Origin: Felis catus
Taxonomy: Eukaryota
Direction: 5' to 3'
Length of the DNA stretch: 64,000 bases
NCBI RefSeq assembly: GCF_018350175.1
Contig: NC_058368.1
Location: 176,826,001 to 176,890,000, forward strand
Shown here: one piece after another, positions 12,633-25,925 of the stretch
How the letters are laid out: every line of letters starts with the position of its first letter
Position numbering within the stretch: position 1 is the first letter of the stretch
Program-made: the position numbers and the translations under genes
The notes under the pieces: generated by a model
What the model was told of the DNA's origin: nothing
What the model saw: only the letters and a program-made list of their open reading frames with translations
Databases searched by the model: none

Positions 12633-12830
12633 GGGCACCTGGGTGGCTCAGTCGGTTAAGCATACACCTCCAGCTCAGGTCATGATCTTGCGGTCCATGA
12701 GTTTGACCCTGACATTGGTCTCTGTGCTGACAGCTCAGAGCCTGGAGCCTGCTTCAGATTCTGTGTCTCCCTCTCTGTCTGCCCCTCCCCTGCTTGCTCG
12801 CTCTCTCAAAAATAAACATTAAAAAAAATT
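12633..12830 (+). mobile_element. CAN-SINE
   Basis: gggcacctgggtggctcagtcggttaag head, CT tract, aaaaataaacatt tail. Confidence 0.9.
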
Positions 12831-14218
12831 TTAATAAAAATTCAAAACGTCATTATGAATCAAAACATCCCAACTAGGAAATTCTGTGGTAGATTAGGCA
12901 CTGTACCTCTTGAGAATATTTTATCACACTTCCTCAATGTCAAAATCACCCTTCTGCTGTCGAATCTCCTCCTTTATGCTGACCTTTTCCTTTTCTTATT
13001 CCTGCTGGACCACAAGAATGACACTTCTTACCTAGGAACACTTTGATTTCAAACTTGTAGCTCCTAGTACTTAGCTACCTGCATCAACTTGAGGTATTGC
13101 TATTACATGCATTATAGAGCTTGGGTGCAGTATCACTGTCCACCGGTAGGTGTCCACCTAAAGCCTGAAGCCTAGTGTGGCCTGAAGCCTAGTGTGAGAA
13201 TTCTGGTAGTCAAACCAATGAGGTTTTCATAAGTTGAGTGCTCTGCATAAAATGAAGGCAAAAGAACTGCTGGAAAGGCAGCCCCATGCACTTTTTTCTG
13301 AACCACTTAATGGCAGGGCACTTCGGTATAAAAGCTGCTGTCATAGAAGAAGAAGAAGAAGGAGATGTAAGACAGAGACGTGGCCCCTGAGCGAGCCTTG
13401 GAGGAAGTGCCAGCCCTGAGCCCTGTGCCAGTACCAGATCTGCTCATGGCCAGCCCAGAGTCCTAACCCTTGCTCCCTGACCTCCTCACTTCCTGGATTT
13501 GTGTCTTGTTTGCAGTGAGTCCCATGATTTTCTGATTCTGTCACTGCTGTTGGTTCTCCCAAATCCCCTTGGCAGCATGGTTGGGAGAGTTGGTGCAGAA
13601 ATGAATAGATCACTCCATTGATCAGATTCCTGAAAACTATATGGTACAGGTGTACCACCATCAGTTGTTAAAACTGGGTGGCAACAATTAACTTTTTGGA
13701 CAGAGCAACCATACTTAACTGGACCCTGACTTAATCGAAGCTCTGTCCCTACTTGTAGGCAAGAAGGAACAGTCTTTGGTTGCCCATAAGATGGACAGGT
13801 GCCTTCTGTAACTCTCAACACAGGAGGAGGCCTGGCGCCATGCCAAGCAAAGAGTTTCTAGAAGTTTCCCTTCATCATTTGTCGATTCAGTCCACAAATA
13901 TCCGTTGAGTGTCTGTGCTAAGTGGCGAGTGAACAGGACAAACGCAGTTGTTGATTAAATGTTTACTAAGCACCTACTGTGTACCTGACAGTGCTCTAGG
14001 CCCCCAGGGAATGCAAAGGTAAACAAGATGTGGGAAGCCTTCTTACAGTCTGGTAGAACGAAGAGGAGGATAAAGAAAATGAAATGTTGTAGGTATGGCA
14101 AAGGAAGACATTTTAATTTCTTTCTGAGGAAGGAAGTCTGCCAAGGATGAGTTTTAGAATATTCTTTTTTTTTTTTCCTTCAGATGTTCATTGAGCCTAG
14201 TAGGTGCCCTTCACATTC

Positions 14219-14300
14219 TAGGCCAGATGTTGGCAAACTTTTTCTCTGAAGGGCCAGAAAGCAAATATTTTAGGGTTTGCAGGCCACATACAGGTTCTGT
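14219..14300. mobile_element. MER58-like DNA transposon fragment
   Basis: ttggcaaacttt..gaagggccag..aaatattttagggtttgcaggcca. Confidence 0.6.
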
Positions 14301-17300
14301 CAATAATAATAATTTTTCCTCTTCCTCTCCTTCTCCTTTACAACCCTATAAAAATAGAACAACTTTCCAAATTCCCTTTGCACCAAAGCAGACCACATGG
14401 GCCTGTGAGCCTTTAGGCAGGGAGTCCAACACTAAACAAGAGCCTGCACTCATGGGGCTTATGTTCTAGAGTGGGAAAACAGACAGGAAAACTAGTGACT
14501 ACACAGACTCTGTGGTTTTTTTTTTTTAAACTCTATGGCAAAATAAAATTAGGTGAGGCAGTGCAGGGTGGTCAAGAGAAGGTTCCGTTGATGAGATACC
14601 ACTTGAGCAGGACGCTGAACCATGCACTTTCCTATGCCATATTGGGGACAGTGGAGAAGACATGGTCAGAGAGATCAGGCAGGACCCCATGGGCCACCGG
14701 GCTTTTCCTGAGTGAGGCAGAGCCACTGTAGGGTCTTGACCTTTGGGGAACATGATCTTACACATCTTTTGAAAGGATCACTATAGCTGCTGTGTCCAGA
14801 GCAAATCGTAGCAGTCAAGGCTGGGGCAAGAGACGAGTTAGGAGGCTAAGAATAGGTGGTTCCCACGTGAATGCAGAGGAGAGGAAAAGGCATCCTGAAA
14901 ACAGCCTATGATGTTTTCTAGGTACACCAGGGATGAGGGAGCCAAAAGACACGGCCATAAAGGCCAGCAGAGTCCAGATTGTAGAGAACCTGAGGGCATT
15001 GGGGAGCCACAGCAGGTGCTGAGCAGGGAGAGGCATGATCAGAGTAGCATTTTTGAAGCAAGCACTCTGCAATATGGAGGACAGGATAGAGACCAGTTAT
15101 AAGTGTCGTTTCCCCCCTCCCCCCACCCACCACCACCACCATCCCAAAGAAGCCTCACTCAGTCCCTGGTGCAGAGGATGTGAGTAAAGTCAGGTGACAA
15201 AGCACTAAAAAGGTCCACCCTCCTCAAACCTGTGGCTCTGTGACAAAGAATCCCGACCTGCCTCCAGGTGGCAGCAGAGAACCCCCAGGCATGAGTACAG
15301 CCGCACTGTGACTCCACCAGCCCCCTGACCTCCTGCCTGGAAGACCCTGGGCACCTGAGCAGTGGGCACAAGTTCCAACCTGACTGTGAAGTGGATACTT
15401 TTCTCCTGTCTTCTCCAGTTCTTTCTCTCAAGTTAAGGCACAGAGAAACACAGTTGGCCTGGATACAGCCCACCAGAGGGCCAAATCAGAAGAGTAGCTG
15501 CATTCCTGGGATTGTGATCCCCAAGGCAGGCTATTTCCCGGGGTAAAAACTCTAGACTCTGGAGTCTCTACCTCTTGCATTCCCTGGGGAAATTGTCCCC
15601 AGCTCTCAATGGCCAGGAGCCTCCAGCAATCCAGAATCTACCTCCATTCACTCACATGGTAGGATCTTTGTGGGCCCAGTGCCAGGTGGTTCAGGACACC
15701 ATCAAGACTTCTGCTGTCCAGAGCTTATTATCTAGTGGGGGCAGTGGGAGGGGCAATAACCAGCTTGCTCGAAGGCGACCGAAAGCCCAGCTGGGCTGGC
15801 TGGGGTGGACTGTTGTGCTCAAGGCAATGAGGAAGTCAGCCCTGCAGGCCAGCCTCAGGAGAGGTGCTGGAGGAGAGAAGATACCCCTGAGAGACACAAG
15901 GAAATAAAACTTGGCCTTACTGGTCCCCGGGGGTGCTCATAGGTGCTCGTGGGAACCCACAGAGAAGGAAAGCAAGCGGGCCTCAGACCGCACTTCCTTC
16001 CCTAGCGTCTTTTCTTTCCTCACCTACCCCCACCACACCCCACCACGCTGGGAGCCTTTGAGCCAGGTGGACCTGATTCAAGTCTGGCTTTGTCACCATC
16101 CAGCTGTGGGACCCGAGGGAAGTCACTTGATATCTCGGGGCCTCTCTTTTCGTGTCTGTAAAACAAGGTAGTAGCCACCTTCCAGGTGGTTGTGTTGACA
16201 TAGTTTATGTATGGTGTGCAGCCATACAGTTTACGTGTGATGTGACGGGCATTCGTGTGGGGCTGCTTCCCTCCAGACCTGCTCCCGAACCTTTGGCCTA
16301 CATCTCCCTCTCTCTCCTCTGCTCTTTCTCTGTTCCCGTGCTTTCTCTACCCAGGGTGGCCCTGGGACCCTCCCACTCCTGTTTCCCTCCATCAACCTCA
16401 GCTGGGAAGAGGCACTGGCCTCAGTCACGGAGCCAAGAGGCAGTAACGCTTCACCCTGCTACAATGCCCTATTCTGGCTTCCCACATCAAAAATTCAGAG
16501 CGCATGGTGCTGACAAAGGGCTTTTGTGCTCTTTCTGGATGCCGAAGGCTGGAGGGCACTGGCATGCTGGTAAATACTTCACAACCAGCTTTCTGATCGA
16601 AAGCCCTGCTTTGTAGCATTTGCCAATATCCATGGTGTAAATACTCCCACGGTGGCCAATTTCAGGCTACCGGCAAGGCGCCACCCAACAGAGCTGGGAA
16701 GAGATGCACAAAACGGGCTCACGGTGGCCTGGCGCTCGCACACCACTCCGTTACCGGGTGTGCTTGGACACAGAGAGGTGGGATTCCCTGGCTATTTCAG
16801 TTGTTTATGGAAACAATAGGAGGAAATGCTGTGAATCAGGACTTGCAGAAAATGAAGACCCTGTGGCCAGAAATGTCAGGCTGCCCTCCCACCGCATTCC
16901 GTCTGCTGCTCTAAGAGGGCCATTCCCTTCTCTTTGGAGTCTCTGAATCCAGATTTCCCTTTACATCAGCCATAGTCTGCAATATCTTTGCTTTTGTTAG
17001 GCAGGTGTGATTTACTGCTTAACCAGGACCACACAACTCCAGAGGGCACCATCCACCGCGTCCAGTGGAAACTGCCTCTCCTGGCGCACCTGTCCACACC
17101 CTTCTCTCCCACTGCCACTGCCGTGGTCCAAAGCCACCGCCGTCTCCTGCCTGACAGCTGGTCTCCGTCTGGTCTCCTGCTTTCTTTCCGGGCTCCGTGT
17201 GGCAGCCAGAATTATCTTTCTAAAGATGTAAATCTGTACTTGTCATTCCTTTCTTCAAGTCCTCTACTGGCTTTCTACTTGAGGGTGAAAAAAATCCAAA

Positions 17301-18107
17301 CTTCTTATCTGCCTGCTCTGGCCCTTGCCTGCCTGTGTGTCTTCATACGGGACCGCTGTCCTCACTCACTGGACTTCAGTCCCCTGCCCTCCTCCCAGTT
17401 CCTAGAAGGCTCCGGGCCCTTTCCCATCCGAGAGTCTGCCTGCACCGTTCTTTCCCCATCCTCTCATGTCTTCTGTTCATGCCCCTGTCTTAGGGAGGTC
17501 TTGTTCACCACCCCATTGAATGTGGCATCCCCTTTCCCAGTCTTGGTCCAGCTTCCTGGTTGTTTCCAGCAATGTAGCTATCAAAAATTAATACTTCTAT
17601 TATCCTGTATACTTGTCATGATGTACATTTGTTTATGTGCCCCAACTAGGTTAACTTACTTGAGACTGGGAGTCATGTCTGTTTCATTCACTTTAGTACC
17701 CCCAGCACCTAATAGAGGGTCTGGAACATCACTGGTGACTTCCTGAATTACGAGATGAGTGATTTTGGATGGGCGGGTGGGTGGACGGATAAATGGATGG
17801 AAGGGAGGATTGGTATGCATGAATGCACTTTCCCATCAGGCTGTCTGCTTCTTCAAGGCAGGTACCATATCTTGACCAACTCTGAATCCCCAGTGCCTTG
17901 CACAGTGTCTGCATAGAATAGGTATTTGGTAAATTTTGGTGGTTGCACGAGCAAATTATGCAGGAAGGAATGGATGAGGTGACCCTCAAGGTAAGTCCTA
18001 TGATAGCTTCTTTCTCTCTTTGGAATGTTCTCCTGACCCACCCTTCTCCCCTGGCTCTCGCTCCTTCACGTGTGGGCAGTGGCTGCATGTGGGTTTTGTA
18101 TCCACAG

Positions 18108-18242
18108 GGGGTGACCTGACCTCAGTGGACCCCATGGTCCTGGAGCAGTATGTGGTGGTGGCAGACTACCAGAAGCAGGAGAGCTCGGAGATCAGCCTCA
18201 GCGTGGGGCAGGTGGTGGACATCATCGAGAAGAACGAGTCAG
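18108..18242 (+). CDS. SH3PXD2B: SH3PXD2B exon 7 equivalent, first half of SH3-1
   Basis: tccacag|GG...TCAG|gtaggg; 135 nt, phase 1->1; [45 protein letters not shown]. Confidence 0.97.
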
Positions 18243-20508
18243 GTAGGGAAACGAAACCATCTCCCTCCCCTCCCTACACTGTCCCCGAGCCCCTAGGACA
18301 GGAGATGTTTAGAAACACAGAAACAGCAATCGCTGATCTGAGCTGGGCCGTTTCCACAGATCCAGCGGACAACCTCTTAGAAAGCTGCCTCTGTTTGATC
18401 ACGGTGCTCAGATATCCCCCTTGCTCACAACTCGCCAGCATCCTGTTGGGTCCGTTGTTACCGATTTATTCTGAGGGTCACATTTCGTGAACGGGCCTTC
18501 TGGTTTCAAAGCCACTTAGAGACATGGAGTCCAGCATTCCACTGGAACATTGCCTTTGATTACCGTGGGAGTCTTCACGAAGGCTCCGCCAGCTGTAGGC
18601 TCTGGTGGGACGGACACGCCACCTGACTCTTCGGCCCACCTGTCATCACGGGGGCCACTGGTCATGTACACTGGCCAGGTCTGGGACGGAATGTGGTATG
18701 ATCCGACACTGAGCCTGAACTCTGCACCTCACAGCAGTCCAGCTTGCTGCTCCTCTCAGTCCATCAATGCTCTCGTATGCAAAATATGCAAAATAGAAAA
18801 CGCTGCTACTTCCAAGAGCTATTATCAGGATCAAATGAGATAGTGCCTAGAGTGTGCCTGGCACACAATAGGTACTCAAGGATGTGGGTTTCCCTCCCGG
18901 TTGCCTTCCTTAGCCACAGAGTAGCCATCAGCACTATCGAAAGAAAAGGGCAAGGAGTAGGGGGTGAGCAGCTCCTCTCCAGGAAAAAGTGGCATAAACC
19001 CACCCGCTTTGTTGTGGCTAAAATGTGACCTTGCCTAATAATACGATTGGCAGGCCCGTCTTTGTGACACCCTGTTGGCCAGTTAAGGACCAACAAACGG
19101 CCAAGAAACAGAGGGAAAGCTGTGTTTGCAGCAGCATCTGAATCATGTTACCACAGTCATGAGATCTGCATTAGCCAACCAAACTCGTTAATTACTCAAT
19201 ATAGCAACTACCATCCCTGCATCACAGCCAAAGAAACAAGACGCTAAGTGACGTGGTCACTCACCCCAGATCTCATGACAGGTTACCGAGCTGGAATTCC
19301 AAACCAATTCCAGCTGGCCCCAAGGGCACGTGACTTTCTGATTCCTGGGAATGAATATGTGCTCCGCAGGGACTAAGGAAGGCAGCCCCCGCCCCTCTGG
19401 GCAGCCCGCTTGCGTGAAGTCGGGGAGACTCCGTGGCTGGGAGGAGAGTGGAAGCCGGGATGGGGTGTTGAGGATAAGCCTCGTGTGTCCAGAAGGCGGC
19501 AGGGGAAAGGAGGCAGACAATGAAATCTTCCTGGGGCCAAAAAACTGGCAACATTTATTTTTGATTGTATTTTACCAGCCAAGTAATACTGGACACATTC
19601 TTCTTAGAACAACCATAAAGTTAAAATCTGCTTTTTCCACTAGCTTCAACATTAGTCCCCTTTCAAAACCCCAAATAGACCCTCTAACGGTTCACTCCGA
19701 ATCCTTCTTGATAACTGTATACACATCCATATACGTATATGTATATGTGTGTCTTTGTGCATGTGTGTATGTGTGTGAACTGTATGTCTACATGTGTGCC
19801 CATACATAGATACGTAACCATATGCACACACACACAACATTTTGTGTGTGTTGATATAACTTTATAGTTTAACCCCAGTGTTATCATTCTGTACCTTTTG
19901 ATCATTTTGATCTGCAACATGCTTTTTAGTCAACATTCAGCTTTTATTCCCTTAACATCTGCCTACTGTTGATCTGCCTAAGCCATATTTTTCTCTACCA
20001 TGAATAGAATATCTGTGCACACTGGTGAGTGTTTCTTTAGGTTAGACAATGAGACATAGAACTACTGGACCGTAGGTACACATATTTTGAATTTCAAGAT
20101 CCTGCCAAATAGCCTCCAAACTGGTCATGGCAATTTACTCTCCCTCTAGCAACGAACGCATGAGGCATTGGTGCAGAGTTAAGAGCTGAGACTGTGAGGC
20201 TAGGACAGCCTAGGAATGAATCCTGGCTCTGCCACTTTCTTTGTGACCTTAGTCAAGTCACTGCCTCTCTCTGAGCCTCGGCTTCCTCATCTGTAGAATG
20301 GGGCAGTAATAGTAGGCAGCTCGTAGGGCTATTGTGAGGATCCCACCAGTCAGATGTCAAGCACTGTGACAGTCTGGCACACGTTACTGTCGTTATATAG
20401 TGAGTTTCCTGAACCCCCACACAAATACCGGCAGATACGAGTTCTTAGGAAGACATACGATGTATCTTCTAATTTCTGGTTTTCCACAGACTTATCCACC
20501 CCATTCAC

Positions 20509-20522
20509 TCGCGTGCGCGCGT

Positions 20523-20557
<35 letters not shown>
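20509..20557. repeat. (CA)n microsatellite
   Basis: cgcgtgcgcgcgtg(ca)n. Confidence 0.95.
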
Positions 20558-20558
<1 letters not shown>

Positions 20559-20781
20559 CCACCAAAACTTGTATTGCAAAAGGAGTGTCCAGCCGAGTAA
20601 AGTAGGTGACTTCCAAGTCAGGGAGGTCAAAAGCAAAGGCCTCCCTGTAAAACCAGAAAGGCTACTCAGTAGGCTGCCCCTTCCTTCTCTTCTTTTTTGG
20701 GGTCTCCAGGGCTTGGAGGTATGTGATCTTGGGGAGCAGATCCTGTTTTTCCATTATACTGTGCAGATGCCTGTTGGGCCC

Positions 20782-21268
20782 TGTGTTAATTTCCAGTTGC
20801 CATTGCGACGAAGTACCACAAACTTAGTGGCCTCGAACCACGTAAATTATTTATCTTACAGTTCTGTAGGTCTCAAGTCCAAATTGGGTCCCACTGGGCT
20901 AACATCAAGGCGTTGGCAGGGCTGAGTTCCCGTCTGCAGGTTCTGGGTAGGATTTGCTTCTCTGCCTTTTCCAGTCAGTTTCTAGAGGCCACCCCATCCC
21001 TTGGCTCATGGTCCGTCCCCAGTCCTCAGAGCCAGCAGTACTGTGCCTCTCTCGTCTTTCCTCCGCAGCCACACCTCCCTGACTCTTCTTCTGCCTCCCC
21101 TGTAATGCATGGGGCCCACCCTGATAACCCCAGATAACCCCCTATTTGTAGTTCAGCTGCTTTGCAACCTTGATCCCACCACCTGCAACCTTAGTTCCTT
21201 CACATAGGCACAGGTTCCCAGGATGAGGACACAGACATCTTTGGCCAGTCACTGTTCTGCCTGCCACA
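20782..21268 (-). mobile_element. MLT1-like MaLR LTR
   Basis: gtaccacaaacttagtggc..ttatcttacagttctgtagg..ctgttctgcctgccaca. Confidence 0.78.
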
Positions 21269-21649
21269 GGGTATAAGCCCTTCTCGAAAGGAGGAGGACC
21301 TGAATCTGGGTGAGGGGCCTCTCAGTTACACTGCAGCCAGATTTACTTTAACATGAGCAAATGCAAACTCAGTGTCTCAGATAAGTCATCAGGGCAGTGG
21401 CTTCAGTATCTCTTAGCCCTGGGTGCACATAGCAGCTTTGCCCTGAGCCATGTGAACTTGGACAAGTGTACCGACTTCTTGGAGCCTCAGTTTCCTCATC
21501 TGTGCAATGGGGATGATAATCTGAAGATTATATAAAACAGTGTAAGTAAAATGGTTAGTGCCTTGCATACCTTAGTGAAGATAGCTACATTCTTTACTCT
21601 CACCATTCAGGATGACCTTTCTCTCCCCTGTCCCAGCTCAGAAGTGGGT

Positions 21650-21664
21650 TTCTTTCTTTCTTTT

Positions 21665-21712
<48 letters not shown>

Positions 21713-21946
21713 TCAAGTTTATTTATTTGAGAGAGACAAAGACAGAGTGAGCAGGGGAAGGGCAGAGAGAGAGGGAGACAGAGAATCCCAAGCAGGCTCC
21801 ACACTGTCAGCGCGGAGCCCAATGTGGGGCTCAGACTCAAAAAACCATGAGATTATGACCTGAGCCGAAACCAAGAGTCAGACGTTTAACCAACTCAGCC
21901 ACCCAGGTGCCCCTTCTTTTTTTTTTCTTTTTAATGTTTATTTATT

Positions 21947-21996
<50 letters not shown>

Positions 21997-22137
21997 GGGG
22001 CAGGCACAGAGGGAGGGGAACAGAGGATCCAAAGCCGGCTCTGTGCTGCCAGCAGTGAGCCCGATATGGGGCTCAAACTCACAAACTGTGAGATCATGAC
22101 CTGAGCTGAAGTCCGATGCTTAACCACCCAGGCGCCC
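21650..22137 (-). mobile_element. Two tandem antisense CAN-SINEs with (TTTC)n and (GA)n tracts, ~200 bp upstream of exon 8
   Basis: Antisense heads end at ~21913 (acccaggtgcccc) and ~22137 (acccaggcgcccc). Confidence 0.92.
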
Positions 22138-22279
22138 CAGAAGTGGGTTTCTTCTTAGGCTATTCTTAGCAGTTAGCAGGCAGCTAACATGGGTAGCTGT
22201 GTTCCATGACAAAATGGCAACTTTTTTGCCTTACCCTAAGCATGGACTCATAGTGGCTGAACATATTATTATACTCTGA

Positions 22280-22561
<282 letters not shown>

Positions 22562-23844
22562 TGAGACCCCCAGGAGGGCCCCAGCCTGATCACCCCAGCA
22601 CCTCACTATTCCTCACTCGAACCATTCTGACGGCCAAGATGCTGGGCTCCTTCCAGCTCATTCGCGAGACATCTGAAAGTATCTATCAACGTGTGCTTTC
22701 TCAGCGACCAGTCTGGGTGTCAGCATTAGGACTGACCCTCTCCACGCACACTTCCGTTTCCTGGAGAACTTACCCTACAGGTGTCCTGAAGGGTGGTTCC
22801 TACAATGCCAAAAATGCTAACGCCCAGCTGACTCTGTTTTCCCCACTAGAAGCATTCCTGAGACTAGAGTAGGAGTCCATCTTAGCTAATAAATCGAAGG
22901 GTTTTAGAGTCAGACCTGAATGTGAGTTAGCTGAGTTGGGCCAGCACCTTAACCTCTCTCCACCTCAGCCTCCTCCTCTAAAAATGGAAATGATGGTGTC
23001 TGTACCGTGAGATTGTTTTTTCTTAATCAAAGGAGATTCCACATGCAAAGCATTTGGCAAAGAACCGGAGACAATAAATAACTGGGAACAGTTATTAAAT
23101 AACTGTGCCTTACCCAGGGGTGACGATTTGGGCTTTTAGCTGACTGTTCGGGGGAAAGCACAAAACCACTTTTTGTGTTTATCAGAAAAGAGGGTGACAA
23201 GAAGGGGGATAATTCTGTGCTGAAAGGTTAATAAAAAATGTGTATGTGGGTTTGCGTTTAGTTTTATTACAGCCAGCACCCCTCATCGAAAACGTATGTC
23301 GTTTTACTGGTGGTTTTGTGGGGCCCCCAAGCTCTGAGGGGCTGGGCCAACTCAAAGAATCCACTCAGATTCAGGGGTTGTGGTGTTCTGCATGAGAGCT
23401 GTAGCTCCCTTAGGCAGTTGATGATGACCATTGTGGGCACCCCGCTGTAAGAGACTGATTGTTAACCCCATCTGATAGATGAGGAGACAGGCTCAGAAAG
23501 GTAGAGACACTTGGTTGGGGTCACACAGCTAAAAGGTGGAGAGATCCCACATTTTCCTAAGTTTGCACATTTTTCTTCTCCCTTGACACAAGGGCTTCTT
23601 TTAGTGCCTCTTTATAAGTCACGCTAGGAATAGAATTATATCTACTGGTGGCCTCTGCACCCGAGTTCAAGGCTAATACTCAGGAAGTTGGTCCTTTTAA
23701 GATACCTGGGGCTTGGCGTAGGCTCAGAAATAATTCCTCCTAAACGGGAATGCGCGCTCAGCGTCCCCTTTGCCTCCAGACACTGGGAGTGCTTTCTTCT
23801 CACCTCTGCCTTCTGCCCTTCACCTCTACATGCTGCCTGTCCAG

Positions 23845-23928
23845 TCTCATGGAGGTACTGGTCTTTGCCCCGGCCTGTGGGCCGCCGCCGGACTCTGGGG
23901 GACTTGTATGCCATCAGCTGGCGTCAAG
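23845..23928 (+). CDS. SH3PXD2B: Putative alternative cassette exon of SH3PXD2B, 28-aa insert between SH3-1 and SH3-2
   Basis: Long pyrimidine tract + ccag|TCTCATGG...CGTCAAG|gtgcct; 84 nt, phase 1->1, no stop; VSWRYWSLPRPVGRRRTLGDLYAISWRQ; same length and position as the recalled Tks5 insert. Confidence 0.8.
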
Positions 23929-24149
23929 GTGCCTACCTTGGGGTTTTCTTCCCTGTTCAGTGTTTGGAGCTGGGTCCCTGCGTCTGCATGCGTCTTCCTG
24001 CTCGGGGACTGCCCATGCCTGTTGCATGTGAGAAACAGTGACCTTGCCTGTTCTGTGTGTGTTGGTATGTAGGTTTGGGCAGTATTTCTCAGCCTGGGGC
24101 TCTAAAGTTTACCAGGTTGAAAAATAATGCCTGGGGCCTCTATAATGCT

Positions 24150-24600
24150 GAGCCAGTGACCTGTTTCTTTTATCAGACACATCACAAGGGGAAGAAACCC
24201 ACATCAAACTGTCCTAGGCCAAAAGGGAAATGTATCAGCTCGTCACTGAAAAGTCTGGGGAAGGACTAGCTTCAAGCATGGCTGGATCCAGGGGCTTGAA
24301 AACATTATGGGGACCTGGGACTTAACTCTCCTCCCCTCTGCTCTGCTGTCTACCTTGCCGACACCATTTTCTCATGACAGCAATTCCAGGCACCTTTCAG
24401 AGATACCTACCAAAGAAAGTGCTTCTCCTTCAACACAAGTCTTAGGACTGGTTCTGACCAACCCACATGCTATCCCTGAACCAATCACAGTGGCCAGGGG
24501 AAGACAGCACTTTGGCCAGGCCGGGGTCCTGCACCCTCCCCGTCCCTCCAAGGCAGTGGTGAGGTCAGCCTTACCCAAACCATGTGGATGGAGGCTGGTA
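24150..24600 (-). mobile_element. Old MLT1 (J/K/L-type) LTR remnant
   Basis: agcttcaagcatggctggatccaggggctt..atccctgaaccaatcacagtggccagggg. Confidence 0.6.
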
Positions 24601-25698
24601 GTGGCGACAGAGGAAGGGCAGACGGACGCTAAGCATGCAGTGTCAGCGGGCACCTGCCATGCAGTCTGCAAGGTTTCCCACTGTAAGGTTTGTTCGGGAT
24701 CACTAAGTGTTTCATGGAGCCCAGAGAGCGCCTCCGGGTGCCGGAGAATCTCCCTGTGTAATTCAGGTGAGGGGTGCGCCCCCAGGAGTCCAAGGCCCGT
24801 AGGACTGACAGCATTTAGTCTAGGACTGAAGCAGCAACCCTTCCCACCCAACCAGAGAGAACTTCTGTGCATCTACGGGTCTGAATTACCCCCTGCACCC
24901 CTCACAGCACCCGCACCCACCCTGCAGCTACCATGAGTGAGGGGAGCAGCTGACTCTGCTGTACGCAGGATATCTGCAACTTGAGTCAGCTCAGCCCCCA
25001 CAGAGCAGGTCAGTGGGCTAGATCAATAAATAAATAAACTCCCTCTGTGTTTTCCACCTCCCTCGACACCAGCTGGGCAGGCCACAGACAGCTTGTGGTG
25101 TTTTCCCAAAGAGAAGAGAGTCGGCCCCAACACGCTGGCCATCAACACCAGCCCACAGCTGGCTCGGTCACTCCCTGGGGGCCGGAATGTAAGCTAAATA
25201 GGAAAGCCCTTCCGTGTCCTCTTCAGGGTCCCTGGGGACACTCATCTGTTCTGTCTCAGGAGTCCCTGCTGACAGTGTTGAGCACGGGAGCTATTCTCTT
25301 GTTCTCCGGAGGGCCCTGCCAGCTTGTGACAGTGAGCAGTCCTCCAAGCAGAGCCTGAGAAATAGTCCCATGGCTTTGAGGGGAAAGAGTGAGGCACCAC
25401 TGAGAGTGAGGTGGAAGGCACCCCAGTCACATTAACGAAAGTTGAAGCAGGCAGTGATTTCACTGTGCACACGTGTGTGTGCGCGCGTGCGGTCATGTGT
25501 GTGCATAAAATTATCATGTGACACGCTTAAAACGAATACAGTGTTAAATGTCAATTATATCTCAAAAAAACCAAAATATTAAAAATAAAATTGAAGCTTC
25601 AGGCGTGGTTGGATCCAGCGGCTTGAAAATAATTAATGAAAAATGAAGATCAGTTACCCACTAGGTAATGACAATTGCTTTTAAAAATTAAAGGAAGA

Positions 25699-25925
25699 GG
25701 GGCGCCTGGGTGGCGCAGTCGGTTGAGCGTCCGACTTCAGCCAGGTCACGATCTCGCGGTCCGGGAGTTCGAGCCCCGCATCGGGCTCTGGGCTGATGGC
25801 TCGGAGCCTGGAGCCTGTTTCTGATTCTGTGTCTCCCTCTCTCTCTGCCCCTCCCCCGTTCATGCTCTGTCTCTCTCTGTCCCAAAAAAATAAATGTTGA
25901 AAAAAAAAAATTAAAAAAAAAAAAA
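25699..25925 (+). mobile_element. Young CAN-SINE (SINEC_Fc-like)
   Basis: CpG-rich, near-consensus body; TSD aaaattaaaggaaga on both sides. Confidence 0.95.

Noticed and set aside
16988..17746. 252-aa ORF in intron 6
   Set aside because: Non-ATG start, Leu/Ser/Pro-biased, overlaps degenerate L2-like sequence; no protein family recognised
10130..18107. A counterpart of the short Tks5 alternative exon between PX and SH3-1
   Set aside because: No convincing phase 1->1 exon found by eye; the good acceptor at ~11840 (ttcttttcag|ACTAAG) hits a stop at once and has no clear donor
23089..23105. Palindrome CAGTTATT-A-AATAACTG
   Set aside because: Short and AT-rich; expected by chance in 64 kb without other support
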